A DNA stretch of 64,000 nt from an uncultured Gammaproteobacteria bacterium (GTDB lineage Bacteria; Patescibacteriota; Patescibacteriia; Magasanikbacterales; UBA922), in NCBI GenBank assembly GCA_964418775.1, contig CAYQNA010000004.1, positions 14,230-78,229 on the forward strand, in the 5' to 3' direction. The stretch's first letter is position 1, and the number at the start of each line of letters is the position of its first letter. The notes under the pieces are model-generated. The model saw only the letters and a list, made by a program, of their open reading frames with translations, was not told the DNA's origin and ran no database searches. This document shows positions 1-9,089 of the stretch, piece by piece. The position numbers were made by a program, and so were the translations under genes.

Positions 1-1576
1 AACGAACATTTCCCGCAAAATACGGCACACCATCAATCATACCCCTTACCCCTTTGCCTTTGCTGTTTTCAAAATCAACCACTGTTTTAATTACGATCCC
101 CTTTTCCTTGGCATAATTAACCACCGCTTGAGCAATTGGGTGTTCTGACTTATTTTCTAATGCCGCCAAGATGCCAACCACCTCGGTCTCGGTAAAGCCA
201 GAGGCCGCCTGTACTGAAGCCAATTCAGGCTTACCTTTGGTAATTGTACCAGTTTTATCAAGAATAATCGTCTGTACAGTCCGCAGCTTTTGCAAAGTAG
301 CCGCGTCTTTAATTAAAATCCCTAGACCAGCCCCCTTGCCTACCCCCACAATAATCGCGGTCGGGGTCGCCAAGCCCAACGCACACGGACACGCAATTAC
401 CAACACACCCACAAACGAAACTAGCCCATATGAAATCGCCTGGGTGATCCCCAAAAACTGAGCCCCAATTGTAAGCCACACCACCAACGCAAGCGTCGCA
501 ATCACAAGCACAATCGGTACAAACACTGCCGATATTTTGTCGGCTAAAGCTTGAATCGGAGCTTTACTCCCTTGGGCCTCGCCCACCATTTTTATAATGT
601 GTGCCAACATTGTTTCGGAGCCAATTTTAGTAGCGGTAAAAGTAAAGGAACCACTGGTGTTTAAAGTGCCAGCCACTACGGCTACACCAGCTTCTTTTAG
701 GACTGGGACCGGTTCGCCCGAAATCATCGACTCATCAACATACGACGACCCTGTCGCCACCACGCCATCAACCGGAATTTTTGAACCTGGCTTCACCACA
801 ATTACATCGCCTTTAACTACCTCTTCGATTGGCAACTCAATCTCGTGACCTGCGCGCCAAACCAGTGCGGTTTTGGCCTGCAAATTCAAGAGTTTTTTAA
901 TTGCGTCACCAGTTCTTAGTTTTGATTTAGCCTCCAAGTATTTTCCAAAGGTAATAAAGGCGATCACCACGATAGTTACATCGTAGTATGTATACTCGAC
1001 ATTCAAAAAAGGCCGCAACACATTTTCGAACGCACCAAGCACAAAGCTGTACAAAAAGGCGGCCAAGGTACCAATCCCAATCAACGTATCCATGTTAGCT
1101 TTGCCATACCGAAAAAAACGGTAAACTCCTAAAATATAAGGCATACCGGCGACGCACATTGTATATGTCGCAATGATGGGCAGCAAATGATGGAAGAAAA
1201 CCTTAAGCACCGAGGGCATTACGGCCACCACCCCAAACTCAGCCAGTGTGTCCCAACCCATAATCAAAGCACTCAGGACAGCCAAAGGGAAAATACTAAG
1301 GGTTTTAAAGCGCAAATCCGACACCACGGCGGCCTTTTCGTCAGTCCCTTGCTTGATATTTTGCTCAATTTCCAAAGAATATCCTAACGGACGAATAGTT
1401 TCGGATAAAGTAGCTGCTTCCACCACACCATTATCAAAGCTTATCGACGCCGTTTCTGTGCCGTAATTTACACTTACCATCTCAACCCCAGGCACCTTTT
1501 TTAAAGTGCGCGTGATTATGGCGGCACAACTAGCACAGTGCATTCCCTTAACTGGAAAACTTTGCGTTGTAGACAT
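1..1576 (-). CDS. copA: Heavy-metal (Cu+) translocating P1B-type ATPase, 3' end beyond the window start
   Basis: Manual minus-strand translation from ATG at 1576 gives MSTTQSFPVKGMHCASC (HMA CxxC), TGEP, the CPCALGLATP transmembrane motif, the DKTGT phosphorylation site and SEHP. The ORF track misses it because it has no stop inside the window. Confidence 0.93.
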   Translation of the reverse strand, partial: MSTTQSFPVKGMHCASCAAIITRTLKKVPGVEMVSVNYGTETASISFDNGVVEAATLSETIRPLGYSLEIEQNIKQGTDEKAAVVSDLRFKTLSIFPLAVLSALIMGWDTLAEFGVVAVMPSVLKVFFHHLLPIIATYTMCVAGMPYILGVYRFFRYGKANMDTLIGIGTLAAFLYSFVLGAFENVLRPFLNVEYTYYDVTIVVIAFITFGKYLEAKSKLRTGDAIKKLLNLQAKTALVWRAGHEIELPIEEVVKGDVIVVKPGSKIPVDGVVATGSSYVDESMISGEPVPVLKEAGVAVVAGTLNTSGSFTFTATKIGSETMLAHIIKMVGEAQGSKAPIQALADKISAVFVPIVLVIATLALVVWLTIGAQFLGITQAISYGLVSFVGVLVIACPCALGLATPTAIIVGVGKGAGLGILIKDAATLQKLRTVQTIILDKTGTITKGKPELASVQAASGFTETEVVGILAALENKSEHPIAQAVVNYAKEKGIVIKTVVDFENSKGKGVRGMIDGVPYFAGNVR

Positions 1577-1594
1577 ATTCCCAAGCGTTAATGA

Positions 1595-1870
1595 TTAACG
1601 TTTGCCTTTGTTAGACAAACGATACATTTTCATGACTTCATCGATTGCTTTTTTGTGCTGTCCAGATTTCATTTGTTCGACCACGTGCGTGGACAAATGG
1701 TTTTCTAATAATGTTTCTTCAAAACTCGTTAGCGCCTGTTTAATCGCCATTATCTGGATAATAATATCCACGCAATATTCGTGATTCTCGGTCATTTTTT
1801 GCACACCCCGGATTTGGCCCTCGATAATTTTTAAACGCCGGGCTAATTTTTTGTGAACATCATGATTCAT
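1595..1870 (-). CDS. csoR: CsoR/RcnR-family metal-sensing repressor
   Basis: RRLKIIEGQIRGVQKM...YCVDIIIQ...LLENHL family pattern; lies directly upstream of copA. Confidence 0.9.
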   Translation of the reverse strand: MNHDVHKKLARRLKIIEGQIRGVQKMTENHEYCVDIIIQIMAIKQALTSFEETLLENHLSTHVVEQMKSGQHKKAIDEVMKMYRLSNKGKR

Positions 1871-1889
1871 ACAAAATAGGTTATAAACA

Positions 1890-1919
1890 AAATATACCCC
1901 CGGGGGGTATATTTGTCAA
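1890..1919 (-). promoter_or_regulatory. Sigma70 promoter overlapped by a CsoR-type operator
   Basis: Minus strand reads TTGACA-17 nt-TATATT. The palindrome AAATATACCCCC-G-GGGGGTATATTT (1890-1914) fills the spacer and -10 region, matching TAC-C-tract/G-tract-GTA CsoR operators. Confidence 0.85.
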
Positions 1920-1946
1920 AGCAGTGGCTGTGGATAAAGGCGTGCT

Positions 1947-3122
1947 TTACTCTGGAAACTTTTGTGGTCTGACCAAATAAACTACCCAATAGGCTACAAT
2001 CCCACCCAAAAGCACTGCCGCTGCCAACCCATAGATCGGCACATACAACCCGATGACCTCCCACCCGCTAATCCAGCGCAAGGACACCGAGGCTTCGACA
2101 GTCTCAACATTTGCCAACAATTCTGAATCTTCTTTGTACCAATTATCTACTCGATCCTGGCTCGCTGACAAATTAGCGTCGTTCAACCGAAGGGCGGTTT
2201 CGTACCGAAAATTTTCTTGCGCCAACGCTTGCTTAGCTTGGTTTTGTTTATCTGTCACCAAGACGATTTGGTTAGACAGAATTTGCTGCTGTTCAGTGCT
2301 TGTGGTGGTAGTATACTGGTTACGCAAACCCTTGATTTGCCGGCTGAAACTATTGATTTGATTTTGCAAATTATTCACGAGCGACTGATGGTTTTTAACC
2401 AAGGCGTCGCGCTGCTGCTGCACGGTAAACAGAGTTTCTTCGGCTCGATTGGTCTGTTTTTCAATCACTTGTTTTTGTGATAAAAGATTTTCGGCGGAAA
2501 TATTTTCTTCAATAAATTTTGGTCGCACCAAGCCACGCATTTCTTCGGTAAATGCATCAAACTTATTTTTCGGAACTACAAACGAAATATAGGCTGACTC
2601 TTTATTCACTGAAATATCATCCACGCGCCCACCATACCCGCGCGCAATTGTTTGAATGCGTGTGGCCAAAGTTGAAACTTTGCGCGTGCGGATTGTTGCT
2701 TGATAATATGTTTTCAAAAATTCTCGAGTGTCGGAGATATTCTTTTCAAAACGATTAGCCGGCGGCGCCATCATCGCGACTGATTCTGTTACTGGATTCT
2801 GCGTTCGAGAATTATATAAGCTATCTTCTATTCCTACTGGCGCGGAGACGCTGTCATTCAGCAGAGCTAACGAGCCCGAACTAGTAGCCATGCGCATTCT
2901 GTCTATAGCAATATTTCCCATCACGGCAAAAACTCCTAAAACCGTGACGACTGACATTACATACTGTGCCCAATGAAAATGACGAGGTTTTTTATTTTGT
3001 CGTGATGGCTTAAGTGAAAATAGTGCGATGTTTTTCATTTCCAAATTGCGGGACGGAGTTTGTTGCTGCGATTTGCCCCACGCAGCCAAGCGGTCATTTG
3101 GATTGTGTGATTCGTGAGACAT
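1947..3122 (-). CDS. DUF4349-like membrane protein (two TM segments, coiled coil); candidate anti-sigma or partner of the upstream ECF
   Basis: N-terminal TM, 'IARGYGGRVDDISV...ISFVVP..KFDAF' DUF4349-like block, coiled coil and C-terminal TM; starts 1 nt after the ECF stop. Confidence 0.6.
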   Translation of the reverse strand: MSHESHNPNDRLAAWGKSQQQTPSRNLEMKNIALFSLKPSRQNKKPRHFHWAQYVMSVVTVLGVFAVMGNIAIDRMRMATSSGSLALLNDSVSAPVGIEDSLYNSRTQNPVTESVAMMAPPANRFEKNISDTREFLKTYYQATIRTRKVSTLATRIQTIARGYGGRVDDISVNKESAYISFVVPKNKFDAFTEEMRGLVRPKFIEENISAENLLSQKQVIEKQTNRAEETLFTVQQQRDALVKNHQSLVNNLQNQINSFSRQIKGLRNQYTTTTSTEQQQILSNQIVLVTDKQNQAKQALAQENFRYETALRLNDANLSASQDRVDNWYKEDSELLANVETVEASVSLRWISGWEVIGLYVPIYGLAAAVLLGGIVAYWVVYLVRPQKFPE

Positions 3123-3123
3123 A

Positions 3124-3654
3124 TTACGCAGTAATTAAGAGGGCGCGTGTTTTAGCCAGGGTGCGATGCACGCGCAAACGGGCGGCCAATGGTGAAATGG
3201 AAAGCACGCTGGCAATTTCGTTAAATGATAAATCGACAATGTAACGCAGGCGCAAAATTTCTTGTTCAGTTTCGGACAAATTAACCATCATTTTTTCCAC
3301 CATTAATTTGTCGCTTAGTTCACCAGTAATATCAGTTTGGTCTGGAATATCATGTGTTTCGGTTTCAATTGACACCTCGCGGCCGCCCTTGCGCCAATGC
3401 TGTTTGCACTCATTACGCGCAATCGCAAATAGCCAAGCGCTAAAACGCACGCCGCGAAGTTGAAATTTGTCGAGTGAACCAATCGCCTTGAGCCACGTGT
3501 CCTGAGCCACATCCTCGGCCAGGCGCGCGTCGCGCAGCGTATTAACCAGGTAGCCATACAGCTTTGGGGTAATCGCGTCCCACAGCGCCCCCAAAGCCGC
3601 CTGCTCCCCAGCCTTGGCCCGGGTCACCAGGGCCAGTTCTTCGTCAAGCAACAT
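3124..3654 (-). CDS. ECF RNA polymerase sigma factor
   Basis: Region 2 (AEDVAQDTWLKA, FSAWLFAIARN) and region 4 (LSFNEIASVLSIS). ATG at 3654 preferred over the track start at 3681. Confidence 0.92.
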   Translation of the reverse strand: MLLDEELALVTRAKAGEQAALGALWDAITPKLYGYLVNTLRDARLAEDVAQDTWLKAIGSLDKFQLRGVRFSAWLFAIARNECKQHWRKGGREVSIETETHDIPDQTDITGELSDKLMVEKMMVNLSETEQEILRLRYIVDLSFNEIASVLSISPLAARLRVHRTLAKTRALLITA

Positions 3655-3685
3655 AGATCGATTATTGTGCCATTCTATCAAGGAT

Positions 3686-3712
3686 AATGCGGCTTGGACC
3701 CAAAATGTTTCA
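3686..3712 (-). promoter_or_regulatory. Putative ECF-type autoregulatory promoter
   Basis: Minus strand TGAAAC-15 nt-CGCATT about 30 nt upstream of the ECF start; resembles SigW/SigM-type TGAAAC...CGTA promoters. Confidence 0.45.
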
Positions 3713-4810
3713 GTCTATTTCTAAAGCATCCAAAAAAGCGCGGTGCCACTCGTTGGCTGGGTCGTATTTGCCCATCAAAAAGCGGTCCTGTTCCTGTGGG
3801 TATTTTTTGATAACCTCAAGGATGTCGTAATATCCATTCAAATACATAACGTCTTTGGTCCAGCACAATCCCCGACTTTGGCCAGTGGTGCCGCGGAAAA
3901 TTTTCTCTACCCGTGTCCAGGCATCAGCAGCCGGGTTTTCGGCAGCACTGAGATATTCAGTAAAAAATTCAAACAATTCACGGAATGTGCGCGGCTTACC
4001 ATCCACACCTTTAACCAGCGCCACACCAAGATAATTCTGAATACTGGGCCAAAATGCTTGCGGATAGACTTGTGACTCTTCGTATTTCCCCAAACCCTCG
4101 TCCCCTTTTATATAGTGGTCAAGGCCGAGCGTGAGTAATTGCAAATTTGTGTTCTCCGCATTTTTGCGACGGATAATGTGCACACCGACTTCGTGACGCA
4201 CGAGCGCTTCCAAATGCGTACGACTAATGCGACGTGATTGTGGAATAAATAATGTTTTTGTTTCTTGATTAAGGTGAACAAATGCATTGGTGTTTTCCGT
4301 ATCGCGCACAATATTCCAACCCTCAATTTTGTAATCAACAAACGCGGCCCGAAAACGCGCTTCAATTTCATCAGCCTGGACATATCCCAATTCTACGGGC
4401 GGTAATTTTTTAAAGAATTCATTTTGATTAATTATTTCTGAGGAGTAATCCCCAAATTCTTGCACACTAATTTTGGCAAACATGGCGTCATCTCCCCTAC
4501 TCACTGCTTCGAGCAAATCAACGTGCGCCATTTTTTCGGCAAGAACACGCACATACGCTTCTCTCACCCACTCATTTTTCTCTTCGCGTTCAATTTCACT
4601 CAGCAAATTTTCCAACTGCGATTTTTTCTGCGCAAAATTAAAATCGCGCAATTTTGGATAGGTAAAATACGGATTTTCAATCTCGCCACGCAAAAATAAA
4701 TCGCGCTGCTGCGTACGTTCAGCCGGATCAAGCACTAACAAATCTACATACGAAATATGGGCAATCGCCGTAAACTTAGCAAACCAATGCGTATCCAAAT
4801 AAGACTTCAT
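3710..4810 (-). CDS. DUF1704 / QEGLA-motif metallopeptidase (MATCAP-like fold)
   Basis: HEVGVH (HExxxH), DEGLG and RG...TKDVMYLNG motifs. Confidence 0.75.
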   Translation of the reverse strand: MKSYLDTHWFAKFTAIAHISYVDLLVLDPAERTQQRDLFLRGEIENPYFTYPKLRDFNFAQKKSQLENLLSEIEREEKNEWVREAYVRVLAEKMAHVDLLEAVSRGDDAMFAKISVQEFGDYSSEIINQNEFFKKLPPVELGYVQADEIEARFRAAFVDYKIEGWNIVRDTENTNAFVHLNQETKTLFIPQSRRISRTHLEALVRHEVGVHIIRRKNAENTNLQLLTLGLDHYIKGDEGLGKYEESQVYPQAFWPSIQNYLGVALVKGVDGKPRTFRELFEFFTEYLSAAENPAADAWTRVEKIFRGTTGQSRGLCWTKDVMYLNGYYDILEVIKKYPQEQDRFLMGKYDPANEWHRAFLDALEID

Positions 4811-4853
4811 ATGTCAAACAGTATATTTGATATCCATGCATAAGTCCACAAAC

Positions 4854-4877
4854 AAAAAAGCACCACCGAAGTGATGC
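4854..4877 (-). terminator. Intrinsic terminator
   Basis: Minus strand GCATCAC-TTCG-GTGGTGC followed by TTTTTT. Confidence 0.75.
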
Positions 4878-5018
4878 GTTTTTGTCTTCGAGTGATGGGT
4901 ACACTCGTGACACTTTCATGCTCTCCTTATTGGCAAGAAAGGGTAAAAGAACGGTGACACTCCCAACCCATCAACTGGCCCATACGGTTGCCAGTTGTGG
5001 AAGTGAAACTATGTGCGC

Positions 5019-5564
5019 TCAGTCGAGCCTTTTCCTTTTGACTATACGCTCGTACTCCTTCCTTAAAGCGCACCGCGCACGATTAAGACGAGATTTGACT
5101 GTACCGATGGGGACGCCAAGTCGCTTCGCAATATCTTGGTAATCCCTATCGGATAGAACGAGGATCGCTTGGCGCTGCGGAGGAAGTCTCTTTAGCGCTA
5201 CGGACACCCACTCTTCCATATCGCCGCAAAGACCTTTGTCTTCCAAGACACCCCCGGCACTCCTCACAACTAGCGCGGTGTCGACCACCTCGAACCGTAC
5301 CCGCCTGCTTTTAACGTAATTAAGACAGGCATTTCTAGTGATCGTGGCGATCCAAGTTGTCAATGAACCCCGAGATCCGTCGTAAGTCGACAACGCTCTG
5401 TACACCTTAAGGAATACAGTCTGCACCAGGTCTTCAGTGTCAGCGCCTATACGAAAACGCCGACAAATCGTAGTTACCAGACCGACATACCCCAGGTATA
5501 GCTTTTCAAAAGCCTTCTCGTTGCCGTCCACACAAAGCCGAACGAGCTCAGCTTCATCCAACAT
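5019..5564 (-). CDS. ECF RNA polymerase sigma factor
   Basis: EDLVQTVFLKVY, LTTWIATITRN, YQDIAKRLGVPIGTVKSRLNRAR; ATG at 5564 follows a GGGGG SD-like run. Confidence 0.9.
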   Translation of the reverse strand: MLDEAELVRLCVDGNEKAFEKLYLGYVGLVTTICRRFRIGADTEDLVQTVFLKVYRALSTYDGSRGSLTTWIATITRNACLNYVKSRRVRFEVVDTALVVRSAGGVLEDKGLCGDMEEWVSVALKRLPPQRQAILVLSDRDYQDIAKRLGVPIGTVKSRLNRARCALRKEYERIVKRKRLD

Positions 5565-5695
5565 CGCGCCCCCTGTTTGATTGTGAATACTATTCTTAAG
5601 AAACACAAACTTATACCACACACACGTTTTTGTCAAGGATAAGCTAAATAAAAAAGCAACACGGCTAGTGTGCCCATGTAGACGTATGCAACTGG

Positions 5696-6354
5696 TCAAT
5701 GGCAATAAAATTCAGTACGCTCGTGGTCCAAGTGCGCATTCCAAAACAAATTCGCCACCTCGCGCGACCTAATTGGCCCCTCCTCCCTAACTACCCCATC
5801 GATCACAATTGTTTTTATAGTAATACCCTCTTCTTGTAATCCCGCAGCCACAGCCTGGTACAAGGTATGTACTGCTCCCTTGGACACAGATAACGCCAAT
5901 TTATTCGAATCAGGATTATCCTTGTACCCACCACCCGTAATAATCGAAGCCCCTACTGTATTTTTAAGATATGGCGCTGTTGCCTTAACGCAATTTAAAG
6001 CACCACCAACATTAGTTGCCAAAGCATCGCAAAAATCAAAAGTATCCAAATTCACCCACGACCCACGTGGGCTTTTTTTAACATTAAAAATAACACACGC
6101 AAGCGTTGGTAATGCTGGCACGAGTGTGTCGACTGCTTTTTTGGTGGCTTGAAAATCACGCACATCAGCCACAGCGGTAACAATAGGTATATTTTCTAAA
6201 CGCAAACAATCAGCCAGTTGGTCAAGTTTATGTTTATTTTGCGAGATCACTCCGATCGCATAGCCCTCGGTGGCAAATTTCTAATGGGGTGCAGCCCAAA
6301 ATGTTCGCCCGGCCCAATCAACAGTAGGGATTTATTGGTTTTCGTAGTGGTCAT
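5696..6354 (-). pseudogene. SDR-family oxidoreductase with a frameshift near 6282
   Basis: ATG at 6354 overlaps the upstream stop (ATGA) and gives LLLIGPGEHFG (Rossmann motif). The continuation KFATEGYAIGVISQ...ADVRD...NVGGAL...SVSKGA is in a different frame. Confidence 0.75.
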
Positions 6355-7205
6355 AATCTAAGCACACTGTCATCGTACCTCAAAATGTCACCAGAGATGT
6401 GCCCTAAACAATTTTTCACCGCAGTCTGATTACCACTCTTTGCAAAATCAAAAAGTGCAATAAAATTGGTCAAAAAACGATAGGTAGTTGCCCGTTTCCA
6501 AAACGTTGGGTCAGCATCAATATAATAATGTTGGAAAAGATGTTGTTTCTTTGCGTCAATCTCCTCGAGCAAATGATGAAATTCATACGCCGGATCAGTG
6601 ATGCAAAAATCACTCCAATCAATCACTGAAATTAAGCCGGCGTCGTAAAAAACATGGTCAAGCGAAATATCTGCGTGCACCAAGGCGAGTGGTACATTTT
6701 TGTATTCAGGATGATTTAAGTATGAATCAAACAAATTTTGTGCATACTCTAATTGTGCGGCGGTAAACAAATATTTATGTTCAATTACTTCTTGATACAG
6801 CGCGGCACATTTTTCATACCAATTAACCTGCGGCAGCATGCTGAATGTCGTCGCATCAACCTTGTGTAAATTTGATAAAAATCCCGTGAGTTTGATTAAA
6901 AAATCTTCTTGTTCGGCTTTTTTTAATTTATCATACAACACACCCCGAACAAATGGATATTCAGCAAAAAACACACCACCCTCTTCGTGTAATGTCGGCG
7001 CAGGAATACATGCACCCAAATTTTGTTCAGCTAATTTTGGCAGTACAATTGCTTCGGCTTCCATCACTGCACGCCCATCTGGTTTTTTGGGCACGCGAAA
7101 AATCTTCTCGCGCGCTGCGTCCGAATACACGGCATTATCATACCCCTCGCCCACCAACACCCAACCACGCTCGGCTGCAAAATTTTCAAGTACTGACTTT
7201 TCCAT
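6351..7205 (-). CDS. Aminoglycoside phosphotransferase (APH)/choline kinase family protein
   Basis: GEGYDN, HADISLDHV (Brenner-like motif), IDWSD and DPAYEF. Confidence 0.85.
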   Translation of the reverse strand: MEKSVLENFAAERGWVLVGEGYDNAVYSDAAREKIFRVPKKPDGRAVMEAEAIVLPKLAEQNLGACIPAPTLHEEGGVFFAEYPFVRGVLYDKLKKAEQEDFLIKLTGFLSNLHKVDATTFSMLPQVNWYEKCAALYQEVIEHKYLFTAAQLEYAQNLFDSYLNHPEYKNVPLALVHADISLDHVFYDAGLISVIDWSDFCITDPAYEFHHLLEEIDAKKQHLFQHYYIDADPTFWKRATTYRFLTNFIALFDFAKSGNQTAVKNCLGHISGDILRYDDSVLRL

Positions 7206-7212
7206 ACAAAAC

Positions 7213-7959
7213 TTACAACCCCACACCCGCCCCTTTCATCACTCGGTCAACATAAGAGAACAAATCAACTAATTGGTACGCCTCGTATTCGGCCGAGAAT
7301 AAAGCCCGCACTCGCGCACACTGCCGATTAACAGTCTTAACCACTTCTGGTTTTGTAATTCCCAAAGTTATAATTGTAGAAACCCCCTCGGCTCTATCCT
7401 TCTGCTCATCAGTAACATCGTCCAAGAGCTGAATAAGATAACCCAATTCACGGTAACACTCCTTTCTTTTTTCAGACAGAGCCGGGCTGACTTCCAAGGC
7501 AAACAAAAGCAATGTGCCACCACCTTTTCTTTTTTCAATGTCTTCGACTTCGGCCAAAGAAACTTCTGGATTCCGCTGGCGAATAGAATCCAATTGAGCT
7601 TGGGTCACTTCCTGCAACGCCGCAAACGCAGTGTCATTTAAATTATCCCGAACTATTTTAATTCCCGAGGCAACGACTGGCGGCAAATCTACGCCGTCAA
7701 TTTCACCAGCGACCGCTTTCTTAACATCCTCACCCATCTGTCTGGAATGACGGATATCGTATTTATCAAATTGCGCATCAAAAGCACTCATCGCACCCCC
7801 AATTGCGCCAGCTGCCATTTCTTGTTTTTTGTTTAAACCCACACCCTCCAGGCCAGCAATGAGCTTCATGAGCTCCACACCATATTCAATCCCCTTTTCC
7901 CGGCCACGTCCGAGTTCAGCAGATACTAAGCCAATTGATCCCTCGCCATGCATTCTCAT
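7213..7959 (-). CDS. Hypothetical helical protein, class I isoprenoid-synthase-like fold
   Basis: FDAQFD and LGYLIQLLDDVTD (DDxxD) motifs, plus RKGG. Confidence 0.55.
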   Translation of the reverse strand: MRMHGEGSIGLVSAELGRGREKGIEYGVELMKLIAGLEGVGLNKKQEMAAGAIGGAMSAFDAQFDKYDIRHSRQMGEDVKKAVAGEIDGVDLPPVVASGIKIVRDNLNDTAFAALQEVTQAQLDSIRQRNPEVSLAEVEDIEKRKGGGTLLLFALEVSPALSEKRKECYRELGYLIQLLDDVTDEQKDRAEGVSTIITLGITKPEVVKTVNRQCARVRALFSAEYEAYQLVDLFSYVDRVMKGAGVGL

Positions 7960-8021
7960 ATGAGTGTTATTATAGATGGATATTTACTCTAGGATACCAA
8001 ATAACGGCGGAAGTTCAAAAT

Positions 8022-8044
8022 AAAAAAACACCCGAATTGGGTGC
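8022..8044 (-). terminator. Host tRNA operon terminator
   Basis: Minus strand GCACCC-AATTC-GGGTGT then TTTTTT, immediately downstream of the tRNA-Thr 3' half. Confidence 0.75.
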
Positions 8045-8049
8045 TTTAC

Positions 8050-8094
8050 TAGAGCCACAGACCAGGATTGAACTGGTGACCTCGTCCTTACCAT
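8050..8094 (-). repeat. attR: intron-less 3' half of host tRNA-Thr(GGT)
   Basis: Minus strand ATGGTAAGGACGAGGTCACCAGTTCAATCCTGGTCTGTGGCTCTA; 8050-8089 is identical to 14620-14659. Confidence 0.92.
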
Positions 8095-8292
8095 CAAACA
8101 ACCATACCCTGTTTCTCTCTTTTATGGCTAAGATAAAAGGAAATTTTGGGCACTTTGGCTATTTGCTGACTAGAACCAGATGACCTGTTCCCTGCCGCTG
8201 CAAACTCTTTTTTAAACCCCGTTAAATTGGGGTTATCGCAGCAAGATTTGTCTTGAATTAACAGTTTAATCATACCACAAACATATTCAGGG

Positions 8293-9057
8293 TCAAGCAG
8301 GTATTGAATCAACAAGCTCTTTAATTGCAGCAGTCTTCCAAACAAACCCAATATCAGATTCTTTATTTATTCGTCCGCTGTATATCCCAACAAGTCGCAC
8401 AGATTCCTGACTAGTGTTTAAAACCACATTTCCGTCTTCATAGCGCACCATCCCTCCTCTGTAGTAGACAATTACAGGTGACCCAGATTGCCCTGGCCTT
8501 GTGCGAGAATCAATTAAAAATAAAGGCAAGTCACGGTAGTTAATCGGAGGCTCTGAAGCTACAAATCCTGTAACCCAGATTGCAAATAAGCCACCAGCGG
8601 CTTGAGCGAATGGAAAACCTATGATATTTAATCGGTCTGCTGGCCCATACGCAATTGCAGGCGAGGCCTCTTCCAAACTATACGGAATAATGCTCACCCC
8701 TTCTAAATCAGAGAGTGGTAGAGCAACAAAATCAGCTCGCGAGCCTAATACTGGGTGTTCAATCCACCGCGGCACCTCATTACTGTCGAATAAGGGCTCA
8801 ATTTTTTCAATCCAAGAGCCTACCCGCGCAGTATGGTTATGGTAAATCAGAAACTCATTAGGGATCGCACCTGTTGTAGATAGTAGCTCACCAGTATCTT
8901 GATGACGACCAGTTACATTATGGCGGTTAGTAATAAAGTAAGGCTTTTGCGCGGAAGAATAAACTAAAAAACCTGTACCAGAAGAAATCTCCTGCCCATT
9001 AAAGCGGGTCCTCAGGAAAAGTGACATTAATGAATACTGACTAATAACAGTGGACAT
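8293..9057 (-). CDS. Trypsin-like serine protease
   Basis: Catalytic triad contexts ITNRHNV, ADFVAL and PGQSGSP, plus SGTGF. Confidence 0.88.
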   Translation of the reverse strand: MSTVISQYSLMSLFLRTRFNGQEISSGTGFLVYSSAQKPYFITNRHNVTGRHQDTGELLSTTGAIPNEFLIYHNHTARVGSWIEKIEPLFDSNEVPRWIEHPVLGSRADFVALPLSDLEGVSIIPYSLEEASPAIAYGPADRLNIIGFPFAQAAGGLFAIWVTGFVASEPPINYRDLPLFLIDSRTRPGQSGSPVIVYYRGGMVRYEDGNVVLNTSQESVRLVGIYSGRINKESDIGFVWKTAAIKELVDSIPA

Positions 9058-9089
9058 AGATTTTATGATTGCAGACTAAACCTAGTTTT

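Noticed and set aside
6351-7205. Bona fide antibiotic resistance gene
   Set aside because: Only family-level kinase motifs are visible; the substrate cannot be inferred.
8094-8351. 85-aa ORF at the island end as an excisionase
   Set aside because: It overlaps the protease 3' end and the att arm, and has no HTH-like pattern.
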